Source: a virus (taxonomy: Duplodnaviria; Caudoviricetes). Taken from it: a DNA stretch of 64,000 nucleotides. Under the pieces are notes generated by a model. It was not told the DNA's origin. It searched no databases and saw nothing but the letters and a program-made list of their open reading frames with translations. The translations under genes and the position numbers were made by a program. Positions 39,707 to 48,620 of the stretch are shown here, in pieces. Position 1 is the stretch's first letter, and every line of letters starts with the position of its first letter. The stretch spans positions 32,001 to 96,000 of the IMG/VR virus record IMGVR_UViG_3300009151_000001, one strand, 5' to 3'.

Positions 39707-40285
39707 TTATATAGCTCTTGTTAAAATAGATGGATCATCTTTAATCATTTGACAATAATCAGCCAACTTAGATGACATTGTTTTATGAATATCCATTTTT
39801 TTTATAAAATAGCTACTACTCATTGTAAATTGAAAGTTTACAAGTCTTTTTTGTATAATATAATATTGTGTTGCATCTAAAACAAGATCCCAATTGAACT
39901 CTTGATACGTTTTAAAAAACCATATAAATTTATCTTTAAGTTCTTGAGTATTTTGTCTAGCTAACTCTCCAGAAGGAAACTTTCCATCTGGAAAGATCTC
40001 TCTATATTCATTTATTTTAATAATAAAATCTTCTCCAAGTACAGATGTTGTAACAACTTTTTTAGTTTTAACTAAATAAGTTTCAAACTCATCTAACATA
40101 GTCATAGCTGTATGACTTAACACACCACTTTCATCTATATAACCTTTACTTTTTGCTATTTTGTATTCTTCGGTTACGTCTATTATCTGCGAAGGTTTTA
40201 TCTTGTATCTGCAACAATCTAAGAAGTACAGTTGGTTCGGGCTCAACTGATATCTGATCAAACTTGTCCATATCTGATGACTCAT
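39707..40285 (-). CDS. Hypothetical protein, possible replication initiator or helicase loader
   Basis: Directly upstream of dnaB; wHTH-like N-terminus; YREIFP and YFIKK motifs. Confidence 0.5.
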   Translation of the reverse strand: MSHQIWTSLIRYQLSPNQLYFLDCCRYKIKPSQIIDVTEEYKIAKSKGYIDESGVLSHTAMTMLDEFETYLVKTKKVVTTSVLGEDFIIKINEYREIFPDGKFPSGELARQNTQELKDKFIWFFKTYQEFNWDLVLDATQYYIIQKRLVNFQFTMSSSYFIKKMDIHKTMSSKLADYCQMIKDDPSILTRAI

Positions 40286-40724
40286 ATTTTTTTAATTTTA
40301 ATCTATATATAGTGTTTATTTTATCAAATAAAAGTTTAAAATCTGGATCGGTTTCTATAAAATCATTAAAACTTTGTAAAGCGTGTACTACAGATGTATG
40401 ATCTCTATTTAAAAATACAGCTATCTCTTTAAGAGTATATTTCATAGTTCTAGCTAAGAAACAAAAAATAACTCGTAACTCTACTAGTTTTCTTATTTTA
40501 GATTTATTACTTAAAGTAACTTTTACTCGAGGAATTTTAGGAAGAAAATCTTTAAATATATCACTTAATTCTTCTAAAGATATAACTATATTTTTATGAT
40601 ATACATCTAAAGTATATTTACTAAATATAACGGGATAATATCCCATTTTTTCATAAAAATCATCTTTAAATTTTTCTATAAGTTTTGTCTCAAGTTTACA
40701 TTCATAATCATCTATAACGTGCAT
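40146..40724 (-). CDS. Protein with a DnaA C-terminal (domain IV) HTH
   Basis: R.IFCFLAR...TLKEIA.FLNRDHTSVVHA, compare DnaA RDHTTV. Confidence 0.75.
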   Translation of the reverse strand: MHVIDDYECKLETKLIEKFKDDFYEKMGYYPVIFSKYTLDVYHKNIVISLEELSDIFKDFLPKIPRVKVTLSNKSKIRKLVELRVIFCFLARTMKYTLKEIAVFLNRDHTSVVHALQSFNDFIETDPDFKLLFDKINTIYRLKLKKYESSDMDKFDQISVEPEPTVLLRLLQIQDKTFADNRRNRRIQNSKK

Positions 40725-40758
40725 AGGCTAAATATTTATTTTTTTAAATGTTTTTAAC

Positions 40759-40782
40759 AAAAAAGATGTATATTATATTGTA
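40759..40782 (+). promoter_or_regulatory. Putative phage late promoter motif
   Basis: AAAAAAGATGTATATTATATTGTA; 22/24 identical to the minus-strand copy at 48292-48315; heads the + strand cassette. Confidence 0.55.
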
Positions 40783-40807
40783 CATTAAATACAAAACTTT
40801 ATATACT

Positions 40808-41395
40808 ATGAGTCAATTATTCTATGCCCAAAAAGATAATCTTGGTTTTCCTATTCCAGGTACCATGATGTCAACTTCTTTAGCATCTATTCCTAAGAAT
40901 ACATATGCTATAACTACTTCACCAGCTATATATCAAAGAGAATTAATTCACGAAGGTGGATTAAGATATTTTGTTCGTAAAAAAACTAATGGTAATATTA
41001 TAGCAAACAGTTTGTTTATTAATACAAAACAACCATCGGGTTTTGTTTATGAACTAAAAACTTTTAAAAATATACCTACTACTATACAAGGGTTTGACTA
41101 TGTTGTTGGTAGCGGTCCTAGTGTTGTTGTTACACAACCTATTGCATTATATAATATAGTTTCAGGTCAAACTGTTACAATATCACATTCTTCAACTAAT
41201 TTTCAGATATCTTTAGATGGTAGTACATATACAACATCTAGTGTAACAGCTACAACAGATGGATCTAATCCTTACAATATCACTTTGTATATTAGGCTTA
41301 AGTCTGGTTTATCTGCAGCTACTTATACAGAAACTGTTACAATTAGTGTATCAGGTGTTTCAACTACATTTACAGTGAGTGGTATAGTTTCTTAA
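40808..41395 (+). CDS. Putative structural protein with a C-terminal Ig-like beta domain
   Basis: Likely start MSQLFY; T/S/V-rich beta-strand C-terminal half. Confidence 0.55.
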   Translation: MSQLFYAQKDNLGFPIPGTMMSTSLASIPKNTYAITTSPAIYQRELIHEGGLRYFVRKKTNGNIIANSLFINTKQPSGFVYELKTFKNIPTTIQGFDYVVGSGPSVVVTQPIALYNIVSGQTVTISHSSTNFQISLDGSTYTTSSVTATTDGSNPYNITLYIRLKSGLSAATYTETVTISVSGVSTTFTVSGIVS

Positions 41396-41413
41396 CTTTT
41401 AATATATTCTACG

Positions 41414-41776
41414 ATGCCCGCATCAACACCTTTAGCTGATAAAGTAAAAATATGGCTTTTCCCATCTCTAATGGGAATACTTGGTATGTTAATTTGGAAT
41501 GATCTCCAAACAATTAAGACAAATCTAGCTAATGCATTGATACAAACAACTACGGATAAAGCAAATATAGAGAATCTTAATAATCGAGTAAACAGATTGG
41601 AAAATTTTGTTTATAAAACATCACCTGTTCAAAATATTATTAGTGATTCTAATAAACAAAAACAAACCTCCGTACCAACATCTAATGATACACTACCTAC
41701 TTTTCAAAAAATAGTAGCTATAAAACCCGATGAAAGGGATATAATAGCTAAAGTAATTCCTAAAAAAACTTTATAA
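41414..41776 (+). CDS. Single-TM coiled-coil protein (holin/lysis accessory)
   Basis: N-terminal TM segment followed by a coiled coil (LNNRVNRLE). Confidence 0.5.
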   Translation: MPASTPLADKVKIWLFPSLMGILGMLIWNDLQTIKTNLANALIQTTTDKANIENLNNRVNRLENFVYKTSPVQNIISDSNKQKQTSVPTSNDTLPTFQKIVAIKPDERDIIAKVIPKKTL

Positions 41777-41778
41777 CT

Positions 41779-42312
41779 ATGACCAGAGGATTATTTGAGT
41801 CAATTGATTGGCTTACAAAAAAAGTTAATATTTTTTTAGCATTAGTTCCATTTCCATCTTTCGGATCTTTTGAAGATTCTACTACACAATCAAATGCTGG
41901 TGTTACTTCTGTAAATATAGTTACATTTAGTGGTACATCACAATCTAATGGTGTATATATTGTATCAAGTTCAAAAATAACTTACGCTAATTCTGGAAAC
42001 TATCTTATTAATTTTCTTGGACAGTTTTTCTTTAGCGGTGGTGCATCAAACTATAACATTACTGTTTGGTTAAGAAAAAATGGAGTAGATTTATTAGACT
42101 CTTCTTATACATTTACTACTACAAGTGCTCAAGGTGCTCAAACATTAGCTAATTTAGAAGATATTATTACAGTAAAAGCTGGTGATTATATCGAAGTGTG
42201 TTGGTGGGCCGGTGCTTCAGGTATAACACTTAGTCCAACTACTGTTGGATCAAATCCAACAAGACCAGCATCACCAAGTGCTAATATAAATACTTGGAAA
42301 CTAGGAAACTAA
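41779..42312 (+). CDS. C1q/TNF-like jelly-roll protein
   Basis: SKITYANSGNYLINF...VWLRKNG...AGDYIEV pattern. Confidence 0.6.
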   Translation: MTRGLFESIDWLTKKVNIFLALVPFPSFGSFEDSTTQSNAGVTSVNIVTFSGTSQSNGVYIVSSSKITYANSGNYLINFLGQFFFSGGASNYNITVWLRKNGVDLLDSSYTFTTTSAQGAQTLANLEDIITVKAGDYIEVCWWAGASGITLSPTTVGSNPTRPASPSANINTWKLGN

Positions 42313-42327
42313 CTAAAAAATAAATAT

Positions 42328-42528
42328 ATGAAATTCGGAACAGATCAATACTATCAACCAACACCAAAGAAAATAGTTAAAGCTGCTAACTCCATTATTA
42401 CAGCTTGTACATTCGCTGGATCAGCTGCTTCATTAAACAATCAACCTATCATAGGAACAATCATATTTGTACTAGGATATCTAGCTAAGATTGTTTCTGA
42501 ATACTTTGGAGAAACACCAAGTGCATAG
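42328..42528 (+). CDS. Putative holin (two TM segments)
   Basis: YYQPTPKK followed by two hydrophobic segments; in the lysis cassette. Confidence 0.55.
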   Translation: MKFGTDQYYQPTPKKIVKAANSIITACTFAGSAASLNNQPIIGTIIFVLGYLAKIVSEYFGETPSA

Positions 42529-42531
42529 TTT

Positions 42532-43146
42532 ATGAATAAAAATACTCTCCCATACATAGTGATAGTGATATTACTATGTATTTTGCTTTTACAAAGATAT
42601 GGCTGTGGTAAATCAAATGTAAAAATTATTGATACCATCAGCATAAAACATGATACCTTTTATGTACCTATTCATGATACAACAAAAGGTAAAACTGTAA
42701 CACTTCCTGGTAGAGTGGATACTATGTGGAAACACGATTCATTCTATAAACCTAGTAGTAATTGTGATACATTGTTACAACAATACACCAATCTTGGAAA
42801 CAGCTACTTCAGTGTAAATGTTTCTAAAACTAAGTTTCCTATAAAAAACTATGGATATGTTACAGTATATGACAGTGTGTCACGTAACCGTGTTATATCA
42901 GCTTTTGCTATAGATAGTCTTAAGCTTCCTGTTATTCATGATATCTACACGGTAGTAGAACCACCTAAGAGACAACTCTATATAGGTGGTCAATTATTCA
43001 CTAATAGCTCAGATCCTGTTAGTGCTATTCAAATCGGTATTATCTATAAAGATAAGAAAGATAGAATATTCACTATTAGTACAATATACGATGGTACATT
43101 CTCTTATGGAGCTGGTTGTTACTGGAAAATAAAACTTAAAAAATGA
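42532..43146 (+). CDS. Membrane-anchored protein/lipoprotein, spanin-like
   Basis: N-terminal hydrophobic stretch plus GCG, repeated DT motifs, C-terminal beta strand ending YWKIKLKK. Confidence 0.5.
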   Translation: MNKNTLPYIVIVILLCILLLQRYGCGKSNVKIIDTISIKHDTFYVPIHDTTKGKTVTLPGRVDTMWKHDSFYKPSSNCDTLLQQYTNLGNSYFSVNVSKTKFPIKNYGYVTVYDSVSRNRVISAFAIDSLKLPVIHDIYTVVEPPKRQLYIGGQLFTNSSDPVSAIQIGIIYKDKKDRIFTISTIYDGTFSYGAGCYWKIKLKK

Positions 43147-43559
43147 ACTGGAAAAACTTTGGAATAACGTTAGCTGACAACGTAGCTTCTTTTGTAGGAA
43201 GCTGGAAGTTTATCATTTGGCAAACTGTTATCCTAGTTATATGGGGTGCTGCTAATGTATTAAACATCACTCACTTCGATCCTTATCCTTTTATTTTAAT
43301 GAATCTTCTTCTTTCTTCTCAAGCTGCTTACGCTACACCAATGATTCTTATGTCTTCTAATAGACAAGCTGTTAAAGATCGAGAGGAACTTCTTAAAGAT
43401 CTAAGAGTAGATCAAGAATCTAATGAGATGTTAAAGAGTATACTTACACTACTTAAGAAAGTAGAAGAAGATATTGCTTTAGATAAACAAGCTATAAAAC
43501 AACACGCTGAAATATTATCAGAGATTAAGAAAATTAAAAAAACTAAGAACAATGGCTAA
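43143..43559 (+). CDS. DUF1003-family membrane protein
   Basis: AD.VASFVGSWKFI, FDPYPFILMNL.LS.QAAYATP.ILMS.NRQ..KDR. Confidence 0.85.
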   Translation: MNWKNFGITLADNVASFVGSWKFIIWQTVILVIWGAANVLNITHFDPYPFILMNLLLSSQAAYATPMILMSSNRQAVKDREELLKDLRVDQESNEMLKSILTLLKKVEEDIALDKQAIKQHAEILSEIKKIKKTKNNG

Positions 43560-44088
43560 GTTTGATCTTTACTTTCCTAAAGAAATTAAGTTTGAAGGAA
43601 GTGAATATGAAAATGTTCCAGGTGATAATGGTGGTTGTACTCGTTGGGGTCTAACGCTAGATGATCTAAAAGAATACAAATTAGACACTGATCACAATGG
43701 AATATTTGATTGTAATGATGTAAAAAATCTTACAAGAGAACAAGCTTACAAAGTACTTAAAAAACTATATTGGGATTATTTTAAAGCTGATGATATTCCT
43801 CATCAAGCTTTAGCTGAGTTTATTGTAGACGCAGGATTAAATCAAGGACGTGTTCTTATAGTTAAGTACTTACAAAATTTATTAGGTGTAACAGTAGATG
43901 GACATTTTGGTCCTATATCATTTAAAATTCTATTAGATAGGATTAAGATTGATAGTGGTAAAGGATTGTTTAATGAACTGTATCAAAAAAGATTTGATAG
44001 ATATAAAGCTATTGTAGTTAATAATCCATCACAGAACAAATTTTTTAAAGGCTGGATAAATAGATTAAATGGAATTAAATACTCTTAA
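43552..44088 (+). CDS. Endolysin, glycoside hydrolase family 108 with a peptidoglycan-binding domain
   Basis: EG....N.PGDNGGCTRWG, YWD, D.G.NQG, VDG.FGP, F.KGWINR. Confidence 0.9.
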   Translation: MAKFDLYFPKEIKFEGSEYENVPGDNGGCTRWGLTLDDLKEYKLDTDHNGIFDCNDVKNLTREQAYKVLKKLYWDYFKADDIPHQALAEFIVDAGLNQGRVLIVKYLQNLLGVTVDGHFGPISFKILLDRIKIDSGKGLFNELYQKRFDRYKAIVVNNPSQNKFFKGWINRLNGIKYS

Positions 44089-44090
44089 AT

Positions 44091-44210
44091 ATGGCTAAAA
44101 CAACAACTGGTGCTAATAAAATTACTTTTGGAGCGCGTAAAAGTGGTAAATCCAAAAAGTCTTCAGGACCAAAAGACAAAAAAGTGTCTAAATATGTAGG
44201 ACAAGGATAA
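44091..44210 (+). CDS. 39-aa basic protein missed by the ORF track
   Basis: MAKTTTGANKITFGARKSGKSKKSSGPKDKKVSKYVGQG*; sits between the endolysin stop and the terminator. Confidence 0.7.
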   Translation: MAKTTTGANKITFGARKSGKSKKSSGPKDKKVSKYVGQG

Positions 44211-44214
44211 TAAG

Positions 44215-44244
44215 AAAAGGAGCTAAGTTAATAGCTCCTTTTTT
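44215..44244. terminator. Bidirectional terminator
   Basis: AAAAGGAGCTA-AGTTAA-TAGCTCCTTTTTT between converging genes. Confidence 0.85.
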
Positions 44245-44245
44245 G

Positions 44246-45787
44246 TTATCTTATAACTCCACCTTTACTATTAATATTATAAATCTTTTTACCATCAAAC
44301 ATAACAGCTTGATTTTTTTGTACATATTTTTCTATAATATCACTCTTAAAGTTATTAAATCTACAACCTTCAACACCTACAAAGAAAGCTTTTTCTGAAT
44401 AATAACTACAATTATCTTCAGCATCTGTTATGATGATAGCATTATCATCATTAGACATAATGTGAGCTAACACTTTGTTAATATTTGTACCACCATGTAG
44501 TCCTATAGACGCAATACTAAAAACATTTGGATTTATTTTTTTTACACTGTCATTAAAAACATATATATCTTTTAATAAATCCATTTGTTGTAATTTGAAA
44601 GCAAAAGCTTTACAAAAATCCAACTTGTCAATATTATTACCATTGACATCAGTAACACCACAAGTACCAGACATAGATCCAGAAATATCAATATAAATAC
44701 TAATTTTCCCTATTTTGTTAACCTCTTTGATCTGAACATCTTCGATCATAAACTTTCTTAACATAGGATGTAAAAGCATATAATCTTCTATACCAGCTAC
44801 ATTATCAGTGTTGAATATATCTTCATACTTAACCTCATCTCTAGATGAAAAATAATTTTTAGATCTATCCATGAGTTTTTTAATAGCTTCTTTAAGACTA
44901 CCCATAGAAAGTCCTATTTTAGCTAAATGTTCTCCTACTTTTTTTAATTCTCCTAGATCAAGTTTTGCGGCTCCTGATGCTTTGTCAGAATTATTATATA
45001 AATCTTCTTGAGTTGGTTCATCCATGATTTCATCTAAAGACTTACAAAGATTTTGAGCGTCTTGTATAGCTTTATCCATCTGGTCTTTAGATTGTTTATC
45101 ATCAAACATTTTTTTCATCAGATTTTCCATACCGTCATTATCTCCACTTCCTTTAAATGAATCCATCATTTTATCATGTTCATTTGGATCAGTATATTCT
45201 AATAAAGTCATTCTAGATATGAAATATTGTAAAACATTTCTTGTGAAAATAGAACTTTTCAGATTACTTGTTTCAGACATGATTTTACCAACTGGATTAT
45301 TGGCTTTTTCTATAAATTTATACTGACTATAATTCTTATCAGTACGTTCTTCAAAATTTATACTACTTATTTTGTGGTAATACATTTTAAAGATGTCGTT
45401 TTTAAGATGTTTCGGAAACTTTCTATAGTTTTCTTTCATCTTTTTACTAAATGCGTCAAAGTCAGGTTTAGAATCATTACCTGATAAAGCTTTGTAAGAC
45501 GATGATTTTTGTATACTTTCAAACACGTCTTTCATACTTTTTGGATCATCTAAAAATTTAGAACAGATATTATCTAATCTGTCTTCATCTATATAATGCA
45601 TATATGGTTTAATAAGATCGTTCTTTTTATAAAAACTTACTTTATCAAATAAACCACCTCCAGTCTTGTAGTGAGAAGTTATCTCACCTTTCTTTACTTT
45701 TTCTAAAATTGTATAAGGGTTTTTTAAATCCTTTACATTATTAGTTGTTATTCTTTCTCCTGTTGAGAGACTTCTTAAATTAGCCAT
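44246..45787 (-). CDS. VWA-domain protein (ViaA-like MoxR partner)
   Basis: MIDAS DISGS, GGT, ITD in the C-terminal domain; downstream of the MoxR ATPase. Confidence 0.85.
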   Translation of the reverse strand: MANLRSLSTGERITTNNVKDLKNPYTILEKVKKGEITSHYKTGGGLFDKVSFYKKNDLIKPYMHYIDEDRLDNICSKFLDDPKSMKDVFESIQKSSSYKALSGNDSKPDFDAFSKKMKENYRKFPKHLKNDIFKMYYHKISSINFEERTDKNYSQYKFIEKANNPVGKIMSETSNLKSSIFTRNVLQYFISRMTLLEYTDPNEHDKMMDSFKGSGDNDGMENLMKKMFDDKQSKDQMDKAIQDAQNLCKSLDEIMDEPTQEDLYNNSDKASGAAKLDLGELKKVGEHLAKIGLSMGSLKEAIKKLMDRSKNYFSSRDEVKYEDIFNTDNVAGIEDYMLLHPMLRKFMIEDVQIKEVNKIGKISIYIDISGSMSGTCGVTDVNGNNIDKLDFCKAFAFKLQQMDLLKDIYVFNDSVKKINPNVFSIASIGLHGGTNINKVLAHIMSNDDNAIIITDAEDNCSYYSEKAFFVGVEGCRFNNFKSDIIEKYVQKNQAVMFDGKKIYNINSKGGVIR

Positions 45788-45807
45788 ATGTAAATTTGAA
45801 ATAAAAT

Positions 45808-45834
45808 AAAAAGAGAGGGATTTTTCCCTCTCTT
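45808..45834 (-). terminator. Hairpin/terminator between the MoxR and VWA genes
   Basis: AAGAGAGGGA-AAAA-TCCCTCTCTTTT. Confidence 0.65.
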
Positions 45835-45847
45835 AATTATCGTTATG

Positions 45848-46718
45848 TTAGAATGGGTACTCTACTTCAGCTACCTTTATAGCTTCTCCATTAGACATAT
45901 CACTAGCTAATTCACCCATCATTTCGTCAAAAGATTCTGTAGAATCTTTACGAGCTGGATGAGAAGATAAGATAAAATCAATAGCTGTTTCTATCTCGTT
46001 TACTTGTATTTCATCCATTATACCACGAGTAGTATATGCATTAATACCAGCTTCTATCTCAGCGATAGCCAACTCAAGTTGTTCTGTTGTAGTATAAGAT
46101 GCTAACATTTCTACTTTGCTCATAATAGCTTTTACTTCAGGAGACATCAATTTATTTTGAAGTTCTGAACCAGCTGATTGAGAAATCATAATTTGAGCTG
46201 TCTTTACAAGAGCTTTATCTACACTGATGTTCCAAATAAAAGATATAGCTTTAGCTAATCCAGGAACAAAAGTTAAAGTTCTATCAGAACTGTGTTGATA
46301 ACCAACTTCTAAATACTTTTCAAGTTTTTTAGTTGGTACATCTACTGTTGATATTTCTGTTTTATCAGGAACAGAAATCTTTATTTTCTCACGGTAGTTA
46401 CGTGCACCCTTATCAAAATATTTAACTAATTCACCAGCAGATACACGGTTTACTGTCATTTTTAACATAAACCTATCCCAAAAAGGACTACCTACTTCTT
46501 CTTTTGGTATTTCATTACAAGTAGCTACAAATAGTTTCCATTTACAAGGAATCTTGTGTTTACCGTTAAATAAAAACTTCTCGTTCATTACACCCAACAT
46601 TGCGTTACGGATAGCTGAAGAAGCTTTATCCACCTCATTAATCACTACTATTTCCGCGTCAGCAATAGGAGTGTTTAAGGTATACTGATTAGAAGTAAAC
46701 AATTTACCCAGGTCCGGT
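45848..46718 (-). CDS. MoxR/RavA-like AAA+ ATPase, exon 2
   Basis: Walker B VVINEVDKA, ATCNE, FWDRF, SDRT; spliced junction EIKG-I-PDLGKLF. Confidence 0.85.
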
Positions 46719-46780
46719 CATTTTGTTATCCTAAGAACTCTTTATTTCTTAGATCTGTATCTTTTTTTAGATTATAAATG

Positions 46781-47281
46781 TTATCTTTTATTTATATAAT
46801 CAAGAGTTTTTTCTAGAAAACCAGGTTTTTCAATATGACCTAATGATACATTACAACCAATGCAAAGAACTCCTCGCACATGCTGATTTGTATGACAGTG
46901 GTCAATAACTGGTTTTAATTTATCTGTAAACTCTTTTTCACATAGACAACATTTGTTGTTTTGGTCTAATAATAATTTATGATAAGATTCTGGAGTTAAT
47001 CCATATTTTTTAAGATTATAAATAAAACCATAGTTACTTGTAAGCTTTTTAGACTTTTCTGTAGCTCTATGAATTAATTGTTTTTCTCTTAATTGCTTAC
47101 CTTTACGTATATAATAAACAGCTTGATTTTCTTGACGTTTGGTTGTGTTATTTTTTACCCATAAAGCGGTTTTTTCTTTAGCACATTCCTTACAATAAGA
47201 AGTAAGTTCATCTTTTGACTTATTATTCCTATTAAATAAATCTAACTCTTTATTCATTTGACATCTTGCACATTTTTTCAT
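46781..47281 (-). CDS. Endonuclease VII-like HNH homing endonuclease in the intron P9 loop
   Basis: CARC..YCKEC, KYGLT, QNNKCCLC, IDHCH...VRGVLCIGCNVSLG. Confidence 0.9.
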   Translation of the reverse strand: MKKCARCQMNKELDLFNRNNKSKDELTSYCKECAKEKTALWVKNNTTKRQENQAVYYIRKGKQLREKQLIHRATEKSKKLTSNYGFIYNLKKYGLTPESYHKLLLDQNNKCCLCEKEFTDKLKPVIDHCHTNQHVRGVLCIGCNVSLGHIEKPGFLEKTLDYINKR

Positions 47282-47285
47282 AATG

Positions 47286-47316
47286 CAAATATACGAATTA
47301 TTTTAGACTATACAAC
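47286..47316 (-). promoter_or_regulatory. Sigma-A-type promoter for the Endo VII ORF
   Basis: GTTG-N19-TATATTTG, 4 nt before the ATG. Confidence 0.65.
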
Positions 47317-47448
47317 CATACAGTTCAGACTATATCATCAATTATAAAATATTATTATAACTGTTCTGCGCTCGTGGTACTTTACTATCTTCACCATTAC
47401 GTGGTCAGACTCCATGTACTAGTCGTTGAACCTTCTAATTATTTCTAA

Positions 47449-48267
47449 TTAGCTTGGCTGCTGATTATCCATCTCTGGGTTTTCCAGCAATTCACAGAAT
47501 TTAAAGGGGACTTCCGATACCTTTATTTTTAAACATATTTCTACTTCACCACCATTACATAATAATACTACTTGTTTATTTAAGTACTTAACTAAAGAAT
47601 TAGAGTCTGTAAATGTTGTTCCGTCAACTAATGTTATTGTTTTTTTACCATCAATAGCATTAAGTTTACCTTTAAAAGATAAAGCTGATATTTTACTAGA
47701 ATCACTTTTAAGTTTCCATTGTAATCCATATGCTGATACTCTTTCTTTTCTTATACATTTACCTATTTGTTGTGTGCCACAAGAATTGTTTTTACCTAAT
47801 TCTTTTAAAGCTAAACTCATAGAATCAAAAGTTTTTACATAATTACCATTTAAATCATAACACTCTACTGGTTTACTTTCATGATTATTTAATCCGGTTT
47901 TTTGTAAAAGCTTTTGACTATCTGACATCTTTTGTCTTACTTCATCATCAAAATAATATTCATTGTATATGTTAATCAAATTGTACGCAGGTTTTTCTTT
48001 TTCTATAAGATCATATTCAACTTTTCTTACATTTTCTAAAGTTTCATAACTAAGTATTTCTACTTTAAATGAGCTTTCACCATATTTATTATAACTATTT
48101 TGTAATTTAGAATTTCCATGAATATTTTTTCTAAGTTTACTATAATGTTGACAAATTCTATGGTATAAGTTGACTGATGAACCTATATAATAATCACCTG
48201 TTGTAATGTTTAAAATCTTATAAACACCTGATTTTTTGACGTTTTCTGTAGAAATAATGTTTTTCAT
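47449..48267 (-). CDS. GIY-YIG homing endonuclease with NUMOD domains, in the intron P1 loop
   Basis: SGVYKI...YYIGSS.NL..R..QH...L, E...I....P.YN; NUMOD1-like SAYGLQWK. Confidence 0.9.
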   Translation of the reverse strand: MKNIISTENVKKSGVYKILNITTGDYYIGSSVNLYHRICQHYSKLRKNIHGNSKLQNSYNKYGESSFKVEILSYETLENVRKVEYDLIEKEKPAYNLINIYNEYYFDDEVRQKMSDSQKLLQKTGLNNHESKPVECYDLNGNYVKTFDSMSLALKELGKNNSCGTQQIGKCIRKERVSAYGLQWKLKSDSSKISALSFKGKLNAIDGKKTITLVDGTTFTDSNSLVKYLNKQVVLLCNGGEVEICLKIKVSEVPFKFCELLENPEMDNQQPS

Positions 48268-48321
48268 ATTAATAATGTAGTTTGTTTAACCTACACTATA
48301 ATATACAACTTTTTTTAGTTA

Positions 48322-48620
48322 ATCCCCTTAATTTCTGATGACTTAGTCCCTTCGTCAGTTTCTAAGATATAAATCTTGTTCGCAAAGTCTTCAGCGGTCA
48401 TATTACCGTCTTTATTTAACCAAGCTTTAGCATATTCTATTATTGTTTTTGTTTTAGCAACACCAGGATTACCCACTAACAAACAAGGAAGTCCTGTTGA
48501 CTCAGCTAAAGCTAACATCTTAAATACTTCTTCTTTATTAATCAAAGAACTGTCAATAACTCTTACTTCTTTTGCTGTTACTTTACTGGTTGATTTACCT
48601 TTTCCTAAGCTTGTAGCCAT
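48322..48620 (-). CDS. MoxR/RavA-like AAA+ ATPase, exon 1 (the frame stays open 90 codons upstream to the ATG at 48890)
   Basis: LINKEEV, Walker A LLVGNPGVAKT. Confidence 0.8.

Larger units (their letters stand above)
46719..48321 (-). mobile_element. Group I intron (1603 nt) in the MoxR gene, carrying two homing endonuclease ORFs
   Basis: Exon AAGGGGAU pairs with IGS GUCCCCUU (~47505-47512); P AATTGCTGGAA, Q AATCAGCAG, R GTTCAACGACTA, S ATGATATAGTC; terminal G; splicing restores the frame. Confidence 0.88.

Noticed and set aside
46719-48321. Two tandem or nested introns (twintron)
   Set aside because: Only one set of P/Q/R/S elements was found, and a single splice restores the frame
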